A stretch of DNA of 64,000 nt from positions 64,001 through 128,000 of the forward strand of contig JBGTHM010000019.1 of NCBI GenBank assembly GCA_041746255.1. The letters run 5' to 3'. The notes beneath the pieces were generated by a model. It ran no database searches. It was given only the letters and a program-made list of their open reading frames with translations, and was not told where the DNA came from. This document shows positions 20,577-30,504 of this stretch, one piece after another. Origin of the DNA: Fibrobacteria bacterium. Lineage in GTDB: Bacteria; Fibrobacterota; Fibrobacteria; UBA11236. Position 1 is the stretch's first letter. Every line of letters begins with the position of its first letter. Position numbers and translations under genes: made by a program.

Positions 20577-21713
20577 ATGAAGGATAAGCCCCTGCTGGTG
20601 CTTTCACACGAGTTCCCTCCGGCGGGTGGGGGCGCGGGTCGTAACTTAGCGTTGCTTTGCGAAGAGCTATACCGTAGGAATATTCCCCTGGAAGTTTGGA
20701 CTACGGGGCTAAAGGAGGAGGATGCGGGATTTCCCTTCCGGGTCCGCCGATTATCAAAGGGGCGGAAACACCGGTTCGAAACGAATTTTCCAAAAATGGC
20801 CCAATTTCTCATCCGGACGTTGGCGCAAGCAACGCTATCCTCCCGTCCTCGCGCGATTTTTTCGAATATGGCTTTGCCTGCGGGTTTGGTGGGCGGTTTG
20901 CTGGCCAGTTATTGGCAAGTGCCGCACATTATATGGCATCACGGAAGTGACGTTCATGCGGGGATGCCCAAGGGAGCGGGTATAATCCAGCGGGTTTTGT
21001 TACGCTTGGTGTGGCGAGGCTCGGAGCATGCCTTTTTCGTTTCGGAAAGCCTGATGCAAATGGCGGCGGGCTATGGTGAAATTCCGTCAGCGTCTATCTT
21101 GCCCTCCTTTCCCGATCCTCGATATGCACAAACAGCCGCAAGAATGAAAAGTGAAAAAACCGATTCGCATGGACGGAAATACTTTTTGTTCGCCGGGCGC
21201 TTTGAACCGGTGAAAAACCCCATGCTGATCTTGGAGGCGGCGGCGCTGTGGAAGTCCGGCGGCGAAGAACTCAGGCCGATAAGGCTGGTGGGACAGGGAA
21301 GCTTGAGTGGGGAGCTTCGGAAAAAGGTGAAGGATTTGGGATTGGAGCCTTTCGTTTCCATCGAAGATCCGGTATCGCCCGAGGCCATGTCGGATTTGTT
21401 CCTGGGCGCCTATGCCCTCTTGGCGCCTTCGAGGGCCGAAGGACTCTATACCACGATTTTGGAAGCGGCGGCTTTCGGCGTTCCGGTAATCGGATCCCGA
21501 ACCGTAGGAATTCAGGACGCCATTGAAAGTGGAATAACCGGTGCGCACTTTCAGGAAAACAGTCCGGAAGAATTGGCGAAAGCGATGATACGGTTATCCA
21601 GCGACGAAAATGTCCGAAAAGAAATGGGAGAAGCGGCTGCCCGGAAAAATACCGGGCTCACTCCGGCTCAAGCGGCGGATGTGTTTCTGGCATCGCTGGA
21701 TTTCCTCCGGTAA
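20577..21713 (+). CDS. Glycosyltransferase family 4
   Basis: EFPPAGGGAG, HGSDV, GRFEPVKN and PSRAEG...LEAAAFGVPVI motifs. Confidence 0.9.
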   Translation: MKDKPLLVLSHEFPPAGGGAGRNLALLCEELYRRNIPLEVWTTGLKEEDAGFPFRVRRLSKGRKHRFETNFPKMAQFLIRTLAQATLSSRPRAIFSNMALPAGLVGGLLASYWQVPHIIWHHGSDVHAGMPKGAGIIQRVLLRLVWRGSEHAFFVSESLMQMAAGYGEIPSASILPSFPDPRYAQTAARMKSEKTDSHGRKYFLFAGRFEPVKNPMLILEAAALWKSGGEELRPIRLVGQGSLSGELRKKVKDLGLEPFVSIEDPVSPEAMSDLFLGAYALLAPSRAEGLYTTILEAAAFGVPVIGSRTVGIQDAIESGITGAHFQENSPEELAKAMIRLSSDENVRKEMGEAAARKNTGLTPAQAADVFLASLDFLR

Positions 21714-22923
21714 GGCCCGTGCTTTCCAGAAATTCCGCCATCAATTCCGCAGCCCGTGCTTGTCCCCTGGAATTCCAATGGTCGTTGCCATATCGGAAAA
21801 AGTAGGAGCAGGCGTCTTCCCCGCTCCAGGCGTCGAAGAGGTTGAGAACCGGAAGTCCGTGGCGGCGGGATAGATCCGTCAAGATAGCCGTCAAGCGTTT
21901 GGAATCGTATTCGGGATAGGCTTGCCTATCGATAGGAATATCATAGTCCGGACAAATATCGGAGGGATGGGCGATTACGAGAATTGCCATGGGCAAGTTG
22001 TACTGCGTGGCCAGGGCTTTAAATTCCCCGAGCACGTGGTTCATTAATTCGATTTTGTAAAGTGAAGATGCGGATTGGGGATAAAAGGCGACATCCGCGT
22101 CATAGCTGTCATTCAGTAAATTATGCACTGTGTCGTTTCCATCCCGTACGAAACTATGGTATTGCTGCTCCGCGGCAAGCAAGGCCCGCTCCAAAGACCC
22201 GGTTAAATAATTTCGAATGGATTCTGCGTCGAGATAATCCCTTTCCTGCCTTTTTTTCCAATGGCGCCAGATCTGCAATCTTGAACGTCCCCGGGGAAAG
22301 GCGGCAAGGTTCAAGGTCGATTCCAATTCCGGGCTGAGGGAATAATTATTCCGAATAACTAAGCCTTCGGAGATTGCACGAAAAATTTTATTGCGTAATA
22401 AGTCACCGTAGTCATTTCCGGAATAAATGGAAACGATGACCACATCCGGGGAGAAGCGAGGGATGTCTTCTTCGAGCCGCAGGAGAATCTGATCCGGACC
22501 ATATCCGACTACGCCCGCATTCAAGACTTCCCAATCCGGGAGCTTGCGATCCAGATAGCGAACGAAGGTGCTTTCGATGGGGGAATATTCCGCGGCGATA
22601 TAGGAGTCGCCATATACCATCATCCTTTTTCCCTCCGACTTGGAATAGAATTCCCGCTCGCGAAACCCCAGACTGTTGATCCGAACGGGAATGCCGTCTG
22701 GGGTGTTGTCGGGATGGTCGATGAAAACCTTTCCCCCATGGGGAACATGTTTGTGTAGCACCCTATCGTCAGGTTGGTAAATGGAGGAATGTATGGGAGC
22801 AAACACTCGAAGGCCGACCTCAATCAAGAATACGCCGATAATAAGGGACCCGATTAGAAGGGCACTATTGAGAAAGGCATTCCGGAGGCGACGGCTATTC
22901 ATGAATCCGATAAAACCCCCCAT
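21658..22923 (-). CDS. Membrane-anchored SGNH/GDSL hydrolase (SxtL-like position)
   Basis: INSLGFR, YGDSY, NAGVVGYG, GND and DHWNSRG motifs. Start is ATG 22923 (TGATG coupling) or 22902. Confidence 0.85.
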   Translation of the reverse strand: MGGFIGFMNSRRLRNAFLNSALLIGSLIIGVFLIEVGLRVFAPIHSSIYQPDDRVLHKHVPHGGKVFIDHPDNTPDGIPVRINSLGFREREFYSKSEGKRMMVYGDSYIAAEYSPIESTFVRYLDRKLPDWEVLNAGVVGYGPDQILLRLEEDIPRFSPDVVIVSIYSGNDYGDLLRNKIFRAISEGLVIRNNYSLSPELESTLNLAAFPRGRSRLQIWRHWKKRQERDYLDAESIRNYLTGSLERALLAAEQQYHSFVRDGNDTVHNLLNDSYDADVAFYPQSASSLYKIELMNHVLGEFKALATQYNLPMAILVIAHPSDICPDYDIPIDRQAYPEYDSKRLTAILTDLSRRHGLPVLNLFDAWSGEDACSYFFRYGNDHWNSRGQARAAELMAEFLESTGLTGGNPAMPETHPPLEPE

Positions 22924-24791
22924 CAATCGGGATCCGGAAGTTTATCTCCCTCGGCATCGCGCCAAAGAGGCTGTTCCGATTTGCGGAAAATGAAGTCTTC
23001 CATTACCAGGTAGTCCATATCGGTGCGCATAAAGCAGCGATAGGCTTGTTCCGGGTTGAGTACGATGGGTTCGCCGCGGACATTGAAGCTGGTATTGACC
23101 AGCATCCCCATGCCGGCTCTCCGCTTGAAGGCTTCGAGTAACAGACGGAAGGGCGGATTGGTGGTCCGGTTGACGGTTTGCACTCGGGCGGAATAATCCA
23201 CATGGGTAACCGCGGGAAAGGCGGAGCGTTTATGGTAGAGCCTCTCTAACAGGGTGGAGTTTCCGGAGTCCTCCAGCCAGGGAGAGCGCAACTCTTCCCG
23301 AACCGGAGCGACCACCAGCATATAGGGTGAATCATCTAACATATCGAAATATAGGGGGGCATCCTCCTCCAGTACAGCCGGGGCGAAGGGCCGGAACCCT
23401 TCCCGGAATTTTATTTTGAGATTGAGCTTCCTTTGCATATCCTCTCTCCGAGGATCGCCCAGAATACTACGGTTGCCCAGAGAGCGTGGCCCCCATTCCA
23501 TGCGCCCCTGAAACCAACCCACTACCGCGCCCTCGGCGAGATAACCGGAAACCTCTTCGCAAAGAGCCGCTAGCGATTCGGGGCGGTGAAAAACAGCGTT
23601 ATGGCGCCGGGCGGTGCGGGTAATTTCATCTGCACCGAAGCGAGGACCCAGATAGGATCCCCGCATGGCGTCGCTTTCGCGTACGGCTGGGCGTGCACCC
23701 CCCATACCGATATGGTAAGCGGCATAGGCTGCGCCCAAAGCGCCTCCCGCATCTCCCGCCGCCGGTTGAATCCAGATGCGTTGGAAAATATTTTCACGCA
23801 GCAGTTTTCCGTTGGCGGTGCAATTCAGGGCCACGCCTCCCGCCAAGACCAGGTTTTCACTTCCGGTAAGTTTACGCGCGGTATGCGCCAGACGTAGCAT
23901 GATTTCTTCCGTCACTTCTTGAGCCGCCAATGCGAGATTCATGTCGGCTTGCGTCAACGGGGTTTCGGCTAAGCGACGGGGCCTGCCGAAAAGCGCCGCC
24001 CATTTTTCATCGCGGCACATGCGTAATCCCACGGGAAAATCGAAATAGTCCAGGTTCAGAAGAAGTGAACCATCGTCACGGACATCCACTAGTTCCGCCA
24101 GGATACGCTCTTTGTAAGTCGAGACGGCGGCGCTACCGGCGGAACCGTAAGGCGCCAATCCCATCAATTTGTATTCGCCGGAATTCACTTTGAATCCCAG
24201 AAAGTAGGTGAAGGCGCTATAGAGCAATCCCAAGGAATGGGGGAAGGCCAGCTCGCGGAGTACGCGTATATCGCGCCCGCTACCCAATGCGATGGATGTG
24301 GTGGTCCATTCGCCGACTCCATCGACCGTCAATATGGCGGCTTCATTAAAAGGTGAAGGATAAAATGCGCTGGCTCCATGGGACAGGTGATGCTCGGGGA
24401 AAAATAATTCAGGGCGACGCTTGAGAGGCCTGGCCGCGGCTGCTTCCAAGCCCTGCCACAAGGCGCGTTTCAAAAACAGTTTTTGTTGAATCCATATCGG
24501 CATGGCTTGCCAAAAACTAAGCAATCCCCTCGGGGCGAAAGCATGGTAGGTTTCCAATAGGCGTTCGAATTTGAGAAAAGGTTTGTCATAAAAAGCGATG
24601 GCATCCAGCTCATCGACATCCACGCCCGCCTCCTCGAGTACGTAGCGCACGGAGTTGAGTGGGAAAGATTCGTCATGACGCTTGCGTGTGAAGCGTTCTT
24701 CATGCGCGGCGGCCAGGATTTCCCCATCGCATAAGAGCGCGGCGGCGCTGTCATGGTAAAAACCGGAAATTCCGAGGATCCGTAGGGGCAT
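22923..24791 (-). CDS. O-carbamoyltransferase (NodU/CmcH/SxtI family)
   Basis: ILGISGFYHDSAA, EHHLSH, DGVGE, GEYKLMGLAPYG and NTSFNVRGEPIV motifs; start reassigned to ATG 24791. Confidence 0.95.
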   Translation of the reverse strand: MPLRILGISGFYHDSAAALLCDGEILAAAHEERFTRKRHDESFPLNSVRYVLEEAGVDVDELDAIAFYDKPFLKFERLLETYHAFAPRGLLSFWQAMPIWIQQKLFLKRALWQGLEAAAARPLKRRPELFFPEHHLSHGASAFYPSPFNEAAILTVDGVGEWTTTSIALGSGRDIRVLRELAFPHSLGLLYSAFTYFLGFKVNSGEYKLMGLAPYGSAGSAAVSTYKERILAELVDVRDDGSLLLNLDYFDFPVGLRMCRDEKWAALFGRPRRLAETPLTQADMNLALAAQEVTEEIMLRLAHTARKLTGSENLVLAGGVALNCTANGKLLRENIFQRIWIQPAAGDAGGALGAAYAAYHIGMGGARPAVRESDAMRGSYLGPRFGADEITRTARRHNAVFHRPESLAALCEEVSGYLAEGAVVGWFQGRMEWGPRSLGNRSILGDPRREDMQRKLNLKIKFREGFRPFAPAVLEEDAPLYFDMLDDSPYMLVVAPVREELRSPWLEDSGNSTLLERLYHKRSAFPAVTHVDYSARVQTVNRTTNPPFRLLLEAFKRRAGMGMLVNTSFNVRGEPIVLNPEQAYRCFMRTDMDYLVMEDFIFRKSEQPLWRDAEGDKLPDPD

Positions 24792-24799
24792 GACCGGCT

Positions 24800-24949
24800 T
24801 TAAAACAAGGTGTATATGAAAGGGGCTATGGAGGACCCGCTGGAAAGCACTATCAAGGCGCCGAAAAGCAGCATGATGAGGATGATGGGAAGTAGCCAGA
24901 ATTTTTTGCGGTGCCTCATAAAGCCCCATAGGTCCTTGAATAAATCCAT
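24800..24949 (-). CDS. DUF5989 / SxtK-like small membrane protein
   Basis: 49 aa: MDLFKDLWGFMRHRKKFWLLPII...IAPFIYTLF. Confidence 0.9.
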   Translation of the reverse strand: MDLFKDLWGFMRHRKKFWLLPIILIMLLFGALIVLSSGSSIAPFIYTLF

Positions 24950-24974
24950 CTCGATTATCCTATTTGAGGGGTGT

Positions 24975-25358
24975 TCAGTAAGGCGCCTGCAAGTCTTTTT
25001 TGGTGAAGGCATGATCCCGGTCGACGAAAACGGAGCATCCGTCTTTTTTCCATTCGCGTAGGCGCATGGGGTCCGCGCCGAACATGCGCCGAATCAGGCC
25101 GACGGGAGTGGCGACGAAAAAATAGACCAAGGTTAAAATCACCTTCGACATGACCGTTCCGAGTTTTTCGGAGAAGCCGAACCAGGGCGCTGCCAAGGGA
25201 CGGAACAAGAGGGGCGCCGTCATGGCCAATACCAACACTACCAATGCGCCTGCGGTCCACAACCCTCCATCGCGGAATTGATGGATGATAAGCAGGACCA
25301 GCACCAGGGCCAATCCCGTATCTCTCGCCCTATCCTTTTGTAAATCGGGTTTGATCAT
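24975..25358 (-). CDS. SxtJ family membrane protein
   Basis: LFRPLAAPW...ILTLVYFFVATPVGLIRRMFGADPM; directly upstream of the DUF5989 gene and carbamoyltransferase. Confidence 0.85.
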   Translation of the reverse strand: MIKPDLQKDRARDTGLALVLVLLIIHQFRDGGLWTAGALVVLVLAMTAPLLFRPLAAPWFGFSEKLGTVMSKVILTLVYFFVATPVGLIRRMFGADPMRLREWKKDGCSVFVDRDHAFTKKDLQAPY

Positions 25359-26941
25359 TGCCTGTCCAGCGCACGGATTCGGAAGTAAACCGCCAATTTC
25401 CCTGTCGTCAAAGTGTCCAGCTTAAGGCCGTCCGCCTCCATCCGGGCTATTGCCTGTTGCATTTCGTCGTCTTGGATTTCCGTATGGGTAAGCATAACAT
25501 ACTGAGGATTGAATTGCTTTCGACTTCGTTCTACCCACAGCGAGTCGCGAAACTCGTTCAAGCCGATACAATGGGCCTGGGTCAGAAAATTGACCTGGCA
25601 CAGTTGTCGGGCATAGTAGGTTTCCCGGGGATGCAAGAGAGCTTTTTGGATAGTCAAATGTTCCTGAATCTCAGATCGCCAGGATGAGGAATCGCTGTAA
25701 AATTTTTGGAAAAACCGATGGGGATGGTAAAACGAAAACGCCAAAGCCAATAGAACGAAGAGGGCGGCCGCATGCCCTACTCTTTTCGCATGTAGGCGTA
25801 ACTGTGGGGTCGCCATCGCCCACCGAATTCCCCGAAAGGTTTCGCCCAGACCATAAGCAAACAACAGGGGAAGGAAAGAACTGAAATACCGGGCTCCGGC
25901 CCAAGATCCGTAGGAAACGTAAACGCAGGCCAAAAAGGTCAGCAGAAAGCCGGCGGCCGCAAAGGGACTGTAAAAGGGGCGGCGGAAAAATAAAGCGCCG
26001 GCCACGGTCAGCAAGGGTAGGATCTGGCGGCCATGTTCATAAAAATCCAGGGCTTTCCAAAATCCTCCGATTCCCTGTACCATGCGCTGCAGCGGAAAAA
26101 GAATTCCGTGGCGGGTTAAAAATTCCAGCATGGACAAGGTGGTGGACTCGTCATTGGAGGCCCGCAACAGGCCTGCGTTTCCGGCGAAGTGAAAGGGGTT
26201 TCCAAAATGCAACGCGGTACGCATAAGCCAAGGAGACATGACAACCGCCATGGCCAGAAAAGCGAAGCTCAGGTGGGAAAGCGGCAGGGAATGCGATTTT
26301 CGTCGGCGGAAAAAATGCCAGGCGATGGCAGGAGCGAATAGCAGGGCGTTAGGTCGCACCAGATAAAGCAGACCGACTCCGGCTCCAAGCAGCATCCACC
26401 AAACGCGCCGGCTTTCGCCGCCGTTTATCGAATGCGCAATCACCGCAACCAAAACCAGTCCGAATAGGCCTTCGGAATAAATTCGGGTATTCCAATGCAA
26501 TTGATGCAGCGAAAATAATATGAGCAGCAATGAACCCCAAGCGGCATAGCGGCCATAGAGGCGCCGAGTCAGAAAAAACACCGATAAAGCAAAACCATAA
26601 TAGAGTAGGGTTATAACCCCGAATGCCACGCCAAGCGAGGGACCGGCCGGCCAAAAAGCCCAGGCCAACAGCAGGGTGAGCCCCGGATAGCGGAAATCGT
26701 CGGGGCGGGGCAATTGGTAGGGTGTTAACCAATGGTTTTCCAGCCACCGGGTCGTAAAGCCGTTGCCCTGTGCCAGTTCCGCTGCTACGGCTAGCCAGGA
26801 CCCTTCGTCTCCCTGGGGAAGCCCATAATGGTTGAGCCGCAGCAGTATAAAATGGAGTCCAAGTCCTAAAAGCAATAGGACTCCGGTAATTTCCGCGCCC
26901 TGCTTTAGGTGATAGGCGAAGCGATGGCTTAGGGTGTGCAT
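25355..26941 (-). CDS. GT-C fold membrane glycosyltransferase (ArnT/GT39-like)
   Basis: GDEG acidic loop, RYPG, YSEGLF, LVRPN and ARY motifs; many TM segments. Confidence 0.75.
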   Translation of the reverse strand: MHTLSHRFAYHLKQGAEITGVLLLLGLGLHFILLRLNHYGLPQGDEGSWLAVAAELAQGNGFTTRWLENHWLTPYQLPRPDDFRYPGLTLLLAWAFWPAGPSLGVAFGVITLLYYGFALSVFFLTRRLYGRYAAWGSLLLILFSLHQLHWNTRIYSEGLFGLVLVAVIAHSINGGESRRVWWMLLGAGVGLLYLVRPNALLFAPAIAWHFFRRRKSHSLPLSHLSFAFLAMAVVMSPWLMRTALHFGNPFHFAGNAGLLRASNDESTTLSMLEFLTRHGILFPLQRMVQGIGGFWKALDFYEHGRQILPLLTVAGALFFRRPFYSPFAAAGFLLTFLACVYVSYGSWAGARYFSSFLPLLFAYGLGETFRGIRWAMATPQLRLHAKRVGHAAALFVLLALAFSFYHPHRFFQKFYSDSSSWRSEIQEHLTIQKALLHPRETYYARQLCQVNFLTQAHCIGLNEFRDSLWVERSRKQFNPQYVMLTHTEIQDDEMQQAIARMEADGLKLDTLTTGKLAVYFRIRALDRQ

Positions 26942-26954
26942 TCCGTTTTCTTTT

Positions 26955-27812
26955 TCAGACGCTCACCGGCTTGCGGGCAAGAAGAGCGACCATGGTTACG
27001 GACATATCCTTCTCGGAATACGCTTTAAAATCAGGATGCAACTTGGGTTTGACTCGAGCATAAGCCTCCGAATCCCTACCCAACGGTTTTAGGACTATGG
27101 ATTCGAATCCCACTTTGCGGCAAAGTTCTTCATAGTCCAAAATACGCAGACGGTTATGGTATCCGCGCCCTCCTTTCAGGGAGGTCAGGTATTTTTCCCA
27201 AACCCGTCGCGAAAAAGTGAGCATCTCGAAGGGATAGCGGAAATAATGATCACGCAAGTCGATGATATGCAGCATATAACCGCCTTCGCGTAACACCCGC
27301 CGACACTCATCGAAAACCTCAGACATATTCGGAACGAATTGCAAAACCAGCGAAGACAGCACCAAATTCTGAGAGGAATCCGGGCAGGGAAGCTTGTCGG
27401 CCATACCGGCATACAGATGGACTTTTTCCGGTTTAAAACCGTCGTCCCCGATAATCTCCTCCAAATCCGGTGCATTCGGAATGGCTTCCGGTCCGTGGTC
27501 CCAAAAATATTGCATGCGCTGCTTCAGCTTAAGGGGCTGCAAATCACGCACGAAAGGTTCTTGCAAGTGGACTTTCCGGACTCCTAACTTGAACAGTAGC
27601 GCCGAAAATGGATTGTAAGTGCCCGGGCCGATTTCCAAAACTTTAGCGCCAGTTAAAGGGATGTCCTGCTCCTGTAATATCCGCGCGTAAAGCCAGGCAT
27701 CGTCCCCGATTGTTTCCGGCGTGGTCTTATCGCGCGATGCCAAGGCATAAGTCAGTCCCGGAGGAACCCACCGACGGAGAAAACGATAGGCGATATAGCG
27801 CAAATTGGCCAA
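26955..27812 (-). CDS. Class I SAM-dependent methyltransferase
   Basis: VLEIGPG, RVLREGG, IDLRDH and NRLR motifs. Confidence 0.85.
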   Translation of the reverse strand: MANLRYIAYRFLRRWVPPGLTYALASRDKTTPETIGDDAWLYARILQEQDIPLTGAKVLEIGPGTYNPFSALLFKLGVRKVHLQEPFVRDLQPLKLKQRMQYFWDHGPEAIPNAPDLEEIIGDDGFKPEKVHLYAGMADKLPCPDSSQNLVLSSLVLQFVPNMSEVFDECRRVLREGGYMLHIIDLRDHYFRYPFEMLTFSRRVWEKYLTSLKGGRGYHNRLRILDYEELCRKVGFESIVLKPLGRDSEAYARVKPKLHPDFKAYSEKDMSVTMVALLARKPVSV

Positions 27813-27955
27813 TGATTGACCTTTCAGACCCCGGGAAAGAGCCGGGAATCCGTATGGCTACCATACCATTTCGGGACAGGTCGTGGCCAGAAGGAATACT
27901 CCACCAGAGGGATTGGCAATTCAGACCCAAAGTGTGAAATAATGGAAGCAACTTC

Positions 27956-28900
27956 ATGCGAAAATCCACCGATATAACTACGGGACCTTCCGAATCGTTA
28001 CCCGATACCGTGAGAAGACCGCAATTAGATGCAGAACGGGTCGAAAAGGTCCTCAATCGAGTGCCGGGCTCTTTGACAATCGTTATACCGGTGTTCAACG
28101 AAGCCGAAGCCCTCCCGGACTTTGATCGAAGTTTACGCTCCGCCCTCAATGAAGCCGGTTTCGATTGCCGGGTGCTTTATGTCGATGACGGATCCACGGA
28201 TGCTTCCAGTCGAATATTAGCGGGCCTAGGAGCGGAATCACTTCGTCTCGAACGGAATCGCGGATACGGAGCCGCCATCAAAATCGGAATCCGTAAATCC
28301 GAAAGCGACTATGTCGCGATAATTGACGCGGACAGTACTTACAATCCTCGCGATTTGACCCGTCTCTTTTTGCAAATGGATGGTTGTGATATGATCATCG
28401 GTCTGCGTCCCCCCGAAAAAGGGCTGCGTCGCCTGGCCAAGGGTTTTCTGCAGTCCATCGCTTCCTATGCCGTCGAATACCCGATACCCGACATTAACTC
28501 CGGACTTCGGATATTCCGCCGGAGCCTGGCCCTGGATTTATACCGCCTTCTCCCCAACGGTTTTTCATTGACCAGCACCATCACGCTCGGGGCGCTTTAT
28601 GTCCCTTACATCGTGCGCTACGTTCCTATTGAGTACCTTCCCCGCGTCGGCAATTCGAAAATCCGTAAGGTAAAAGCCCTGATGAATTTTACCATGCTCA
28701 TTCTGCGTACCATGGTGCTTTTCAACCCTCTAAAATTCTTCCTCCCCACCAGCGCCGGATTTTTTATGGTGGGAACAGTTTTCCTCGTGCGCGACATTCT
28801 CGCTTATAATATCGCCCAAACTTCCATATTACTGATTACCAACTCCTTTATTTTGTTCGCCATCGGGTTATTGGCCGAAGCCATTCGTTGCCGGGAGTGA
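27956..28900 (+). CDS. Glycosyltransferase family 2 (polyprenol-phosphate glycosyltransferase-like)
   Basis: IVIPVFNE, VDDGSTD, NRGYGAA, DAD and DINSGLR motifs; two C-terminal TM segments. Confidence 0.9.
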   Translation: MRKSTDITTGPSESLPDTVRRPQLDAERVEKVLNRVPGSLTIVIPVFNEAEALPDFDRSLRSALNEAGFDCRVLYVDDGSTDASSRILAGLGAESLRLERNRGYGAAIKIGIRKSESDYVAIIDADSTYNPRDLTRLFLQMDGCDMIIGLRPPEKGLRRLAKGFLQSIASYAVEYPIPDINSGLRIFRRSLALDLYRLLPNGFSLTSTITLGALYVPYIVRYVPIEYLPRVGNSKIRKVKALMNFTMLILRTMVLFNPLKFFLPTSAGFFMVGTVFLVRDILAYNIAQTSILLITNSFILFAIGLLAEAIRCRE

Positions 28901-28904
28901 GGAT

Positions 28905-29930
28905 ATGGTGGCTCTTGGCGATGCCGTTCCGAAATTCTCCCCCAAATCCCTGCTACTAACCATCGATACCGAAGCCGATAATCCCGAATGGGGCCGTGCC
29001 GGTGCTGCAAATACCAGCCATGTCAATCTGAAGGCCTTGCCCCGGTTTTTCCAAACCGTGAAGGAATTGGGTATACGACCCACCTTTTTCGTCACCCATT
29101 CCGTGCTGGAAGAGAAGGATTTCGCCTCTCGCATCGACCCCTTTCTGCAAGTGGGAGCCGAAATAGGCGCGCATTTACATGTCGAGGAAACTCCGCCATT
29201 CGGTCCTTGGGACGCCAAAGCGGAGGGAAGTCCCTTGCCGCTTAGCGATGAAATTCTGGAGGAAAAATTCTTCGCTCTCCATAACGCCATCACCGAAAAT
29301 TTCGGCTCACCCCTTTCATTCCGATCGGGTCGGTGGATTTTGGATGGCCGCTTGGTGAAGTTGCTGGAAAAATACCATTACCGTGTTGACTCCTCGGTTA
29401 CTCCGGGGATCTCTTGGCGTTTACTGGGGCGTCCCGATTACCTTACCTGCCCTTTGGGCGCCTATCGACTAAAGGGAGGGGGGGCCCCTCTAGACGTCGA
29501 CTCCTCGCTTTGGGAGGTCCCGGTCACCATTTGGCAGCCCCATCGTTTCAATTCTTTTCCGGGAGGTCTTTTACTAGGGCAGTTTTTAAGCATGCCCCTG
29601 CATTCCCGTACTTCCCTGACCGCAAGCATTCTGCGCACGCTTAGGCCGCGGGCCATAACCCCCCTTTGGCTTCGCCCGGCCTTTGTTTCTTCCGAGGATA
29701 TGCGGGAGGCGGCTCTGGGAGCATCCGCGCACTCGGACTACGCCCATATCATGCTGCATTCCAGCGAATTATTTCCGGGAACTTCGCCTTACGCTTCCAC
29801 TTCCGGCGAGGTGGACCGGGTTTTCCATCGTTTGGAAAAAATCTGCCGCGATCTACTTGAACGTGGATACCAACCGCGTACCCTAGGCGATTATGCCTCC
29901 CGCCTTTTTACTTCCCCCGTTACCTTGTAA
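28905..29930 (+). CDS. Polysaccharide deacetylase family protein (WalW-like)
   Basis: TIDTEAD, EIGAHLH, SFRSGRW, VDSSVTP and HSSEL motifs. Confidence 0.82.
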   Translation: MVALGDAVPKFSPKSLLLTIDTEADNPEWGRAGAANTSHVNLKALPRFFQTVKELGIRPTFFVTHSVLEEKDFASRIDPFLQVGAEIGAHLHVEETPPFGPWDAKAEGSPLPLSDEILEEKFFALHNAITENFGSPLSFRSGRWILDGRLVKLLEKYHYRVDSSVTPGISWRLLGRPDYLTCPLGAYRLKGGGAPLDVDSSLWEVPVTIWQPHRFNSFPGGLLLGQFLSMPLHSRTSLTASILRTLRPRAITPLWLRPAFVSSEDMREAALGASAHSDYAHIMLHSSELFPGTSPYASTSGEVDRVFHRLEKICRDLLERGYQPRTLGDYASRLFTSPVTL

Positions 29931-29985
29931 AGGTTTTATTAAGGGATAGGGGCTCGATTTTGAGCTTAATCCACGAGGTGGGAAA

Positions 29986-30435
29986 ATGGAAATCTACGAA
30001 TACCTGCATAAGGACCACGAAAAGGTAAAAGCCCTGTTTCAGGAATTATCGGAAACCACGGATCGTCAGGTAAGACGGCGGCAGGACCTATTCGAAACGT
30101 TGAAGCTTGAACTGGATGCGCATTCGAAAGGAGAAGAGAAATTTTTCTACAAGCGTTTGAAGGATTCCGAGGAAGCCGGTGACCAGGTTCTGGAATCCAT
30201 TGAAGAGCATCATGTCATAGACAAACTGTTGAAAGAATTGGACAAAATGGAGAAATCACACGAATCCTGGTTGGCTAAACTCAAGGTTTTGCAGGAAAAT
30301 GTGGAACATCACGTTGAGGAAGAAGAGGGTGAGCTTTTTCCCCAGGCGAAAAAGGTGATTGATTCGAAAGAGGGCGACGAAATCCTGGAGAAAATCGAGT
30401 CCTTCAAAGAATCTCAAATAGCTTTCCGAAAATAG
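29986..30435 (+). CDS. Hemerythrin/HHE cation-binding domain protein
   Basis: DH, HSKGEE, EEH and HHVEEEE motifs. Confidence 0.9.
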   Translation: MEIYEYLHKDHEKVKALFQELSETTDRQVRRRQDLFETLKLELDAHSKGEEKFFYKRLKDSEEAGDQVLESIEEHHVIDKLLKELDKMEKSHESWLAKLKVLQENVEHHVEEEEGELFPQAKKVIDSKEGDEILEKIESFKESQIAFRK

Positions 30436-30504
30436 GGAAAAAGGTGAGCGCAAAGCGGAGTCGCCATAGCGTCGGTACCCGTGAACTCTGGGGATTTGCT
30501 TGGG

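Noticed and set aside
21658..21713. 56-bp convergent overlap of the GT4 and SGNH 3' ends
   Set aside because: The overlap is in a non-conserved tail, which is common in compact genomes.
24792..24929. N-terminal extension of the carbamoyltransferase in the ORF track
   Set aside because: It overlaps the DUF5989 gene; the family N-terminus begins at ATG 24791.
21658..25358. Saxitoxin biosynthesis
   Set aside because: Only the I/J/K/L-like accessory families are present; no core toxin genes are in the window.
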